Assembly (NCBI GenBank): GCA_016748015.1
Contig: JAAOMT010000038.1
Span: forward strand, 1-21,126
Source: Geosiphon pyriformis uo1
Lineage: Eukaryota > Fungi > Glomeromycota
Direction: 5' to 3'
Length of the DNA: 21,126 bases
The position numbers and the translations under genes are program-made. The notes beneath the pieces are model-generated. The model had not been told where the DNA came from. It did no database searches and saw nothing but the letters and a program-made list of their open reading frames with translations. Each line of letters opens with the position of its first letter. Position 1 is the stretch's first letter. Shown piece by piece: positions 12,558 through 21,126 of this stretch.

Positions 12558-12665
12558 AAATTAATGATTAAATTAGTAATTAAATCAATAATTAAGTTAA
12601 TAATTAGGTTAATAATCAAATTAATAACCAAGTTAATAACCAAATCAATAATTACATTAATAATT
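12558..12665. repeat. 12-bp minisatellite, 9 copies, present-day majority unit AAATTAATAATT
   Basis: Units: aaattaatgatt aaattagtaatt aaatcaataatt aagttaataatt aggttaataatc aaattaataacc aagttaataacc aaatcaataatt acattaataatt. Confidence 0.85.
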
Positions 12666-12839
12666 AATTTTAAAAATAAAATAGCTAATTAATCATATTA
12701 ATAATTAATATATATAACTAATTATAACTAAGTAAATAAATAAAATTAAAAAGTAAAAGTTTTAACTATAATATTAGTGTTTTAATTCTTTTGTTATAAT
12801 CAAAATTCTTAAGACATTTAAATATATAATGCTTAAAAT

Positions 12840-14070
12840 TTTCGCCTAAATTTTCAAAGTAGTTTTTTTAAAAGCTTTATATCTTCTATAATTTTATCAA
12901 ATTTTTTATAATATTTGAATTCTTTTCTATATAACAATTTTTTGTTTTTTTATAACAGTTTTTTATGAGTTAATAATAGAATATACTCCAATTTTATCTT
13001 TAATTATTATTTTTTTCTTATAATAAGTAAATTATTTAAATAATATTTTGTTATAAGAAGAGCATTTTTATATTTTAATTAAAATATATTAGTTTTAAAT
13101 TAAGATGAGTTATTTATAATTGTTTTAGTATTTTATTAATTAATATTATAAATATTATAATAATTAGTAACTAATTAAGTTTTTTGTAATAGTTTTTAAT
13201 TTATGTATTATAAACAGATCAATCATTAAAAATTGTTTTATATTGGTTTTATAAGATATAAAATTTGCTGTTTAATATTTTTTTAATTATAAGTAGTTTT
13301 TTTCAATAATTTAAGAATTTGGTATCAAAAACATTGTTTTTATTTAATCTATATTTATAAATTAAGTTACTAATACTTAAAAAAAATGTTTTTTATATAT
13401 TTATTTTCTTAAGTCTTTTTTAAAATGTTTTTATTTTTTTATAAACAATTATTTATGCTTTTATCAAAGAATTTAAAATTGTTTTAAGTCTTTATAGCAA
13501 AATATTCTTATAATTAAATTTGGTTATTTCTTTAAAAAATACAGTTTTAATATTAATTTTAATAAATAATAATATTATATATCTATAAAGTAAGTAAAAA
13601 ATTCCTAATTAATTATATTATAATTTATTGTTTAATAAATAAAAATATTAAAAACACAAATTTGTTTTTTTATTAGTTTTTTCTAAAAATTTTTATTAAT
13701 TTATTGGTCTAAAAATAATAATAAAAAAATTTTTTAATATATTTTAAGTTTTTTTATTTGAAAATAATTTTTTAAAATATTTATATTTACATATTATTTC
13801 TTTATATATAAAGTTAATAATTTAAATAGCAATTTAATTATATATTGTTTTGGTTTTTATTTATTTATTAAATAATCTGTTGTTATTATTATGTAGTTTT
13901 TATTAAAAATTATTATTAAAGATTCAATAATATTAATTTCAATTTTGTTAAAAATTGACCATCAAAAATTGGATAAATGTTTTTTTTGATTGAATTTATC
14001 TTTATTAACAGATATTATAAGTTTTAATATATTTTATATATATTTTTTAAAATCAACCAATAATATTTTG
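12840..14070 (-). mobile_element. Ty3/Gypsy integrase relic, element D, opposite orientation, with possible chromodomain
   Basis: Minus strand: KYYW..KYIKTYNIC**R (cf. RYYWP..YVKTCDICQRR). FNKIEINIIESL (about 13953-13918; cf. FDKIGIDIVGPL). YIIITTDYLI (cf. YIIVATDYLTK). NFIYKEIICKYKYFKKLFSNKKT (cf. NFIYEEIICRHGCPKELLSDRGT). YYF*TNKLIKIF (cf. YHPQTNGLVERF). *KKLLIIKKILNSKFYIL..VYNT*IKNYY (cf. WxGPxxI..GSYxL..VHGxRxKxY). SIINS* near 12975 is chromodomain-like. Confidence 0.85.
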
Positions 14071-14485
14071 TTTATGTTTTTTAAATTGTTTTTGTTTTTT
14101 TAAAATTTCTGCTAAAAAATTAAAATATTTATTTAATATACAAAGTTTAATTATTATCTAATATAAGATTTTAATTAAATAATTTATGTATTTTTTATAT
14201 ACAACCAAATATATAAGTCTTTACTAATTATAAAAATAACTTTAATATTTAATTTTATGATTTCAAAATTAAGATTAAACTATATTGATTTTAAAAAAAT
14301 CTATTTTAAATAAATATTTTATGTATATAATAATAATTAGAATATTATTATTTTTAATTATTTTACTTAATTATTTAGCAGTATTATCTATATTAAGCTT
14401 AATCTTAAAAGATTAAAACTTTTAAAAAGTTATTGTTTAATTGAAAGTTTTATTAATAATTATATTATTATAAAAATTTATATCT

Positions 14486-14510
14486 TTATTATTATTATTA
14501 TTATTATATT
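14486..14510. repeat. (TTA)n microsatellite
   Basis: ttattattattattattattatatt, close to the switch from T-rich to A-rich strand skew. Confidence 0.75.
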
Positions 14511-14599
14511 TAATTTTTAATTTACTAATTTTTTTATACAATTTATCTATTTAATTAGAAAAGGTATTAATTTTTTCTTAATTAAAATATAATTTCTTT

Positions 14600-17040
14600 T
14601 TAATTTAGTATACAAAACAAAAATAATACTAAGCAACTTAGTAATTAAAGTAACTAAAACATTAACAAATCTAACAACAAATTTAATTAATAAAACCAAT
14701 ACAACCAATTTAAATTTTAAAAAAACAACCAAAAAATTTATAACAATAACAATAATAAAATACTACAGCAAAAAAAATCAAAAAGACAAAAGTTTTAACA
14801 TAAAACTTAATAACAACAAAATAAGATTTAAAAATCTTAGAACCAATTACAAATTTGAATAGTAACTTTAAAGAAAAAAATAAACCATCTTGTAATTTAT
14901 AGTCAAATAATTCAAATTTTAACATTTAAAACAATATTGATAGTCAAAAGTTTTTTACTAAATATAACATTTTTTTAAAATACTAGTTTTAACAATTGTA
15001 GCATTTAAATTTTTTTTGAAATTAAAAGTAATAATAGCATATTATAGACATTAAACAAAATTAAAGAAATAAAAAATAAAACAAGTATAACTATAAATTA
15101 AATAACCAACTTATTAATTTAAATAACTATACAGCCAAAAAGAAAGTTAACCAATTTAGTCTTAAAAGTATTACACAAAAAGAAAAATTCTAATACTATT
15201 TTTAATTATTAAAATTGATTAGTAAGCAAAAGCTACTGTAATTATATTAACAATAATAGTATTTTTAAAAACATCTTTTAAAACAATAATAACAAAAAAA
15301 AGCAAATTCGAAAACTACTAAAAACTTGAAAATTTTAAAAATAAAAAAATAAACAAAATTCTTCATAAAACAACTTTATATTGTTTTTAAACATAGATTT
15401 TATATTAAGAAAACCATATATAAATTAAAAAACAGTTTTAATATAAGTTAATTTAATTTTAAAGAAAACACTTAATACCAAAATAAAGACCTAAAAATTT
15501 TTTAATAATTAATAATAATTTTTTAAGCATTATTAAAAACAGTACTATTAGAAAACAAAAGAAAAAAAATTGATTTAATTTTTATTTAATTAGTCTAATT
15601 TTTAAAATTAGATGACTTAATAGATTAATTAGTTAAAACATATACAAAGATATGTTTTGTTTTGTTTCTAAAACCAATATATATTCGCCAAAAACCAACA
15701 TATTAAATAATATAGCCAAAGACTAATACAGACGAGAATTGGTTAATACGTTTCTATTATCATTGTTTAAAAATGAAAAAATTTTCTAATTTATAGTTAC
15801 AATAAAGCTAAAGACTATAATTAATACAAATAATACAAAATTAACAAAAAAGCCAAAAAAAACAAAAAAAACCAAAGCTTTATTTTTTTACAAAAAAAGA
15901 ACTGGCATTAAAATACTAAAACTAACACCAAAAAAATCTTTTAGGACTTTAAAAAAATTGTTATTAAACATAGTAGAGATTTAAAAAGATTGTTTTGATT
16001 GATCTGGTTTTTCTAGTCATTTAAACAATAATAAAGAGAGAAATAAAAGAAAAAAATAATTTTAATACTGGTTTTTTATCAAATAATTTAAGACTTTTGG
16101 CCAAAACAAAAATTACATTAGGACTATTTTAAGTAGATCTCTTTAAAAAACTTTAAAAAACTCTTAATCAAAAATAAAAAAGGCGTTTTTAAACCAGCAA
16201 TAAGTTGGCTTTCAACTTTTTTATTTAAAGAAAGTGTTTCTACAAAGTACTTTTAAACAGTTTTTATAGTTACAAATGTTTTACTAATATAAATATTACC
16301 AATTGCTTCAAAAAATAAAAAAATACAAATTTTTTACACTTTGCTCTGGTTGTAATTACAAAAATACGAAAAAAAAAGTTTTTATACTAATTTTATAATA
16401 TTAATTGACAAAAAAGCTTTAATTTAAAAAAATTTATTTTATTTATATTTAAAATTTATTGTTAATATTAATAGATATTAATACACAATTTATTATGGTA
16501 ATTAACTTTTTAAATGTTACACAAAATAATAATCAAATATATTATTAAAAAATAGCGTAATAGAAATTATTACAAATTTTTTATAAAAACTAAAAAAGTT
16601 TATTATTAAGATAATAATTTTAATTTATATTATTTATTAATATTTTACAAAAAAAATAAGATTTCTGCAGGTTTGCTGAAAAATAATTAAGTTTAAATAC
16701 AATAAAAACACATATTTAAACATTTTGTTTTTGTAACTAAATATTCAAAAATTTTATTAATACAGGAAATTAATTTTTTTAAATTATTTTAGTTTTTGAT
16801 TAAGTTCTATTTTTAGTATTAAATTAGAATAATTAATAAATTTAATGCTTGTATTATAAAAAGTTACTAATTAGACTTTTCTTTCAGATTTAAATTCAAT
16901 TTTTTTGTTAATTTAATGTGAAGTTTTAAATTTGTTAAATATTTTACATTAATTTTATTTTGATAAATTTTTTAATGCTTTTTTTTAAAAAATAATTTTT
17001 TTAGACTTTATATTAACTTTTAAAATCTTAATTAAATTAT
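14600..17040 (+). mobile_element. Probable gag - aspartic protease - RT N-terminus relic of a Gypsy element (element E)
   Basis: A/C-rich strand with CAA/TAA-dense low-complexity start (ancestral Gln-rich gag inferred). LIDINTQ at 16468-16488 converts to the retropepsin motif LIDTGAQ by transitions only. IRLF-SDLNSIFFV (about 16870-16910; cf. IRPSxS..SPxFFV). DKF-MLF (about 16962; cf. DKFPMP). The gag assignment is positional. Confidence 0.5.
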
Positions 17041-17042
17041 AA

Positions 17043-18442
17043 TTTAGAAATTACTTAAGCTAATTTGTTATTTGTTATATTGATAATGTTTTTATTCACT
17101 TTAATAATCAAAAAAGTGTAAAAACATATATATTTGAGTTTAAACAGTTGTACAGTATAAGTTGTATGTTAAACTTGAAAAATGTGATTTTAATTAGTCT
17201 TGAGTTGAATTCTTACATATATTGTTTTCTTCGAAAACATTTTAATAGATTATAAAAAATTCAGACAATTTTAAATTGAATAATATTCTGTTTTGTAAAA
17301 AATGGTCAAGATTTTTTTGGATTTGCTAATTTCTATTAACAGATAATTAAAATTATTTAAATATAACTGCATAATTAACTATTTTGACAAAAAAGACAAA
17401 ACTATTTATTTAGACTTTTTAAGTTAATAATATATTTAGATTTCTAAAACAAGTTTTTGTCTTTGCCCTATATTAATTTTGCTAAATTTTATACTAATAA
17501 AACCAATGCTTTAGATTTTATTTTTGGAACTATTTTATTACAACCAGAATTAAGTAACTGGTTACATTCTATTATTTTTTATTTTTATAAATTCTTCATC
17601 CAAAAAATTAATTATAAGATTTATAATAAAAATTTTTTGATGATTATTGCCACTTTTAAGAAATATCATTATTATTTTATTAATACTCAGCATTAAATCA
17701 TTGTTTTTTGTAATTATAAGAATTTTTAGTATTTTATAATAACTTAAATGTTCAATCAGCATTAAACTTAATAATTAATTATTTCTGTAGATTTTAATAT
17801 TAAAATTTCTTATTATTGCAGAACAAAGTAAATGCGGTTTCATATTATTTGAAATTTAAACCTAAGAAAAAAGATAAGATTTATAATCAACAAAAAACTA
17901 TGTTGCTTAAAACTGAGCATTTTTGGATTTTTGCTCTTTTTTTATGTGTTGATTTATGTTTTAGAAGGTTCAAAATTTTTACAAGTTTTAAAAGAAAAGT
18001 ATAATGATAATCTATTTGCTGGATATTTTGGAATTAGTAACACTTGTGAGTTGATTACTAAAAATCTTTGGTGGTCATAACAAGAAAAGTTATTAAAAGT
18101 TATGTGAAATTATGCAATATTTTTTCTTGGTTTAAGTTTTACTATTATTAGCTTTCCAGTTCATTTTAACTTTTAGCCATTCAGAATATCTTTGAGGATT
18201 AATTTCTATGGTTAAAAAAAAATCAATTTTAGTTGTAGTAGACTATTTAACCAAAATGGCTCACTTTATTTTATGTTTAAAAACTATAACTTTTAAAGAA
18301 ACAGCTCAATTAATCTTTTAAAATGTTATTATTTTATATGGTCCTCTATATCAAATCTTGAAATAGTACTTGTAATGTTTTGTGAATTACAAAAAGAATA
18401 ATTGGCTCGATCTATTGCTACTGGCAAAATTCGCATATAACA
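17043..18442 (+). mobile_element. Ty3/Gypsy chromovirus pol relic, copy B (same family as copy A; RT C-half, RNase H, truncated integrase)
   Basis: FVICYIDNVFI (about 17064-17096; YLDD). LYVKLEKCDF. FFGFANFY. Track ORF 17457-17696 reads KTNALDFIFGTILLQ..LHSIIFY..INYKIYNKNFLMII (cf. ETDASDFALGAILSQ..LHPVAFY..INYEIYDKELLAII). NDNLFAGYFGISNTCELITKNLWWS..YVKLCNI (HHCC zinc finger). SILVVVDYLTKMAHFILC (18223-18276). QILK*YL*CFVNYKKNNWLDLLLLAKFAYN. Colinear at DNA level with 7400-8930. Confidence 0.92.
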
Positions 18443-19449
18443 GACGAAGTAAGAAATTTCTAAGATTTAAAATAAAGAGAAACTCGTTTAATAATTTTAT
18501 TTGACCTGATTTAAACCAACATTATTAGTGTTACTATATTTGTCACCGTTTCTAATCAGCATGAACATCATGCGGTTAAATAGAAATAGAGAACACAAAA
18601 TTTAATAATTGCAGGGTAAAATGCGTAGATTTGAGAACCAGATTTCAGTGGCTCGATCGAAAATGATAATAAAAATTAAAGTTCAAGGCTTACTTATTCT
18701 GGTACCGGTTAAAAAAAACTACACGTGTCAAGTGACAATTTGTCCCCATTGTTTTGTTTCCTATGCATTTAATAGCCACTGCCATATTGTGAATAATTAT
18801 TTTGCCACTTAAATTGCAGCATATAATGTAATTTTATGGACTAAGACACAAAATATTCGGTAAATAATATCACATGGATACTTACACTAAATTCTTCATG
18901 ATTATTGATAAAAAAACCTTTGGATAAGTCATTAACAAAAGCCTAGTGGTAAAATTTTATTTTATATAATATTTTTATTCAAAACAACTAAAATATAAAG
19001 ACAATAAGATTTTGTATTAAAGACACTTTCTAGTAGCCTTCCAAGTTTTCAATATATAGTAAATTAAAAATTTGATTATTATTTTGAAATTTGAAACTCC
19101 TTTCTGGCAAAGTAAAAGGAACTTAACTTATCGCTTTAATATCTAATATCAAGAATGGACCTTTTAATAGAGGACTAAAGGGCTAAATAAAAAAAGAAAA
19201 TACGCTTTTTTTCAAAAAAATGTAAATGTTCCCATGAAAATCTCTTCTCATCGGAATATCCAAGATTTTGAATCAACACATACGAATATCGAAATAACAG
19301 AACTCTTTTCATTATACTTAAATAATTTCTCAGCTAGTTTTTCATAAATAAAATCAAAATTTCTAATTTTTTGTGAACATAAAATCTGCGTCATATTAAA
19401 TACCGATAATGCTTATATTAAAACTAATCAAAGCTAAAAAATTTAATTT

Positions 19450-21126
19450 AAACTCATTTTAAATTTTTTCGGGACTTGGATAGATATTGCGAATTCTCAA
19501 AATTTGCCAAATCTCCAGCGTTTTTTCTTTCCGATTTCTCAATAGTCTCGCTATTATTCCAATAAATCTTCCTTTATCGTTACCGGCGTCGTCGAGATCA
19601 GCTGGCAAATCTTTGAAAGTTTGGATTTATTAACATACATTTCAACGGTGAAAAAAATAAAACTATTATTTACCCTCATTTTCATCGTCGGATTGTTCAT
19701 TAGAAATGGGTTGAACTTGTTGGTGAGTAACACTTAAATTAATTGGCAAAATTGGAATCCCCTATAATGGAAGATTATATATCATGTTGATCTACATTCT
19801 CAAATTCTTGGCCATCGTTGAAAAAATTAAAATTTTCATGTGAACTTTGAGATGTAAGGAAAGGATCTTGCTCAGATGAATGTTGTCACAAATTTTTCCA
19901 GAAAAGTTTCTGTTTCGGATGAAATGTAATGACCCCGCATTTATAATATTTCGCTTGGTCTTGAATCAACAATATCAGAAGTATCATCCAGTATAGTTTG
20001 AACGGTAGCAATAATAATGAAAACCATAAGATTAATGATGTTGGAAATTGGAGTTTATCACCGATAATTATTACTTATTAAATATAGTTATATAATGACT
20101 GTTATGAAATTCTAAAATTTTGATATAATCTCCCAAATGGATCTAATAAGTTCCACCATCATATATTTGAAACGCATTTACTTCCTCTTTTGGATTTTCT
20201 GCTGCACCTTGAAGATCGACATTTCGTAAATGAAAAAGTTCATTCAATCAAAAAATGCNNNNNNNNNNNNNNNNNNNNNNNNNNNNNNNNNNNNNNNNNN
20301 NNNNNNNNNNNNNNNNNNNNNNNNNNNNNNNNNNNNNNNNNNNNNNNNNNNNNNNNNNNNNNNNNNNNNNNNNNNNNNNNNNNNNNNNNNNNNNNNNNNN
20401 NNNNNNNNNNNNNNNNNNNNNNNNNNNNNNNNNNNNNNNNNNNNNNNNNNNNNNNNNNNNNNNNNNNNNNNNNNNNNNNNNNNNNNNNNNNNNNNNNNNN
20501 NNNNNNNNNNNNNNNNNNNNNNNNNNNNNNNNNNNNNNNNNNNNNNNNNNNNNNNNNNNNNNNNNNNNNNNNNNNNNNNNNNNNNNNNNNNNNNNAGAAA
20601 ATATTTAGAAAAGCATAAAAGTGGTAACATAAAATTCACTTGACAATATACAACCTTTTTAAGAATCATTACAGTTTTTATTGGTGCAAAACTAAATTTA
20701 CCAATTTTCCAAACAACTCGAAAAATTCAAATAATTTGCAAATCAAAACTTATTTCTAAATCTCTTTTTTAAAAATTATCTTAGTCAAATAATAACATAC
20801 AGTAAGAATTGATGTATATTTTATCTTAGATACATACCAATTTGCTCAATAACTGTGGTGTATAGATTATGTTTCTAAAAATGTTTCATAGATTCTCTTT
20901 GAATTTCGGGAATAGATAATAATTCTCTAGAAACGTTCGAGCATGATAATAAATGTAGATTTAAAAAAATGTGATATAACTAATATGATGGAAAAGATTC
21001 AAAATATACTAGTTTATTGCTATTATTGTTAGCGTCGACCAAGGGTTAAAAGATCTCATTGAAATCATCTATTGAATATTCGAAATATTATATTTATTTA
21101 ATATGCATCTATTAGCAGTAAAAAAA
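19450..21126 (-). pseudogene. Multi-exon pseudogene of unknown family, probably spanning the assembly gap
   Basis: Exon-like 21068-20838 (branch TGCTAAT, acceptor CAATAG, donor G^GTATGT; 231 nt with 3 in-frame TAA/TAG). Intron-like 19673-19611 (GTAAAT..AAAG) joins NEQSDDENE-DLPADLDDAG. Further broken frames such as ELFHLRNVDLQGAAENPKEEVNAFQIYDGGTY*. Continuity across the gap is assumed. Confidence 0.45.
20259..20595. other. Assembly gap (337 N)
   Basis: Run of N. Confidence 1.

Noticed and set aside
12558-12665. CRISPR-like array or nuclear-receptor (IR1) response element
   Set aside because: There are no spacers and the context is eukaryotic. The resemblance of AGGTCAnTGACC to an animal receptor element is probably coincidental.
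14547-14925. Hydrophobic small ORFs on the minus strand
   Set aside because: F/L/V/K-rich antisense shadows of the A/C-rich gag-like relic. No coding evidence.
17457-18004. Small ORFs 17457-17696, 17562-17762 and 17816-18004 as independent genes
   Set aside because: They are residual frames or the antisense of the Gypsy copy B RNase H and linker.
7250-18442. Organellar insertion or AT-rich endosymbiont DNA as the cause of the low GC
   Set aside because: No organellar or bacterial genes are seen, and ordered Gypsy pol motifs explain the block.
20190-20669. Four track ORFs across 20190-20669
   Set aside because: Artefacts of translating the N gap.
19450-21126. Alternative genetic code with TAA/TAG read as Gln
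   Set aside because: The intact SDR has no internal TAR in about 372 codons and ends in TAA. The broken regions also contain TGA stops and frameshifts.

Overview
Very AT-rich eukaryotic (fungal-type) genomic window. An early-diverging fungus such as Glomeromycotina/Mucoromycota is my inference from intron signals and transposon motif style, not a demonstrated fact. One gene looks intact: a two-exon short-chain dehydrogenase/reductase (SDR) on the minus strand (3436-4729, intron 3780-3954, about 372 aa). The ORF track splits it into two ORFs. Most of the rest is dead transposon sequence. There is a Tc1/mariner transposase relic at about 1.1-1.8 kb. An 11 kb block (about 7250-18440) holds at least 4-5 interleaved Ty3/Gypsy relics on both strands: two copies of one chromovirus plus other families. 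These are recognisable only after mentally reverting massive G->A and C->T changes. A 12-bp minisatellite inside the block records the same transition-only decay. A multi-exon pseudogene with intact splice signals spans an assembly gap at the right end. I see no evidence of a new protein-coding system. The best candidate for novel biology is the repeat-targeted C->T hypermutation, whose context looks unlike canonical CpA RIP by eye. All alignments were done by eye; nothing was searched or computed.
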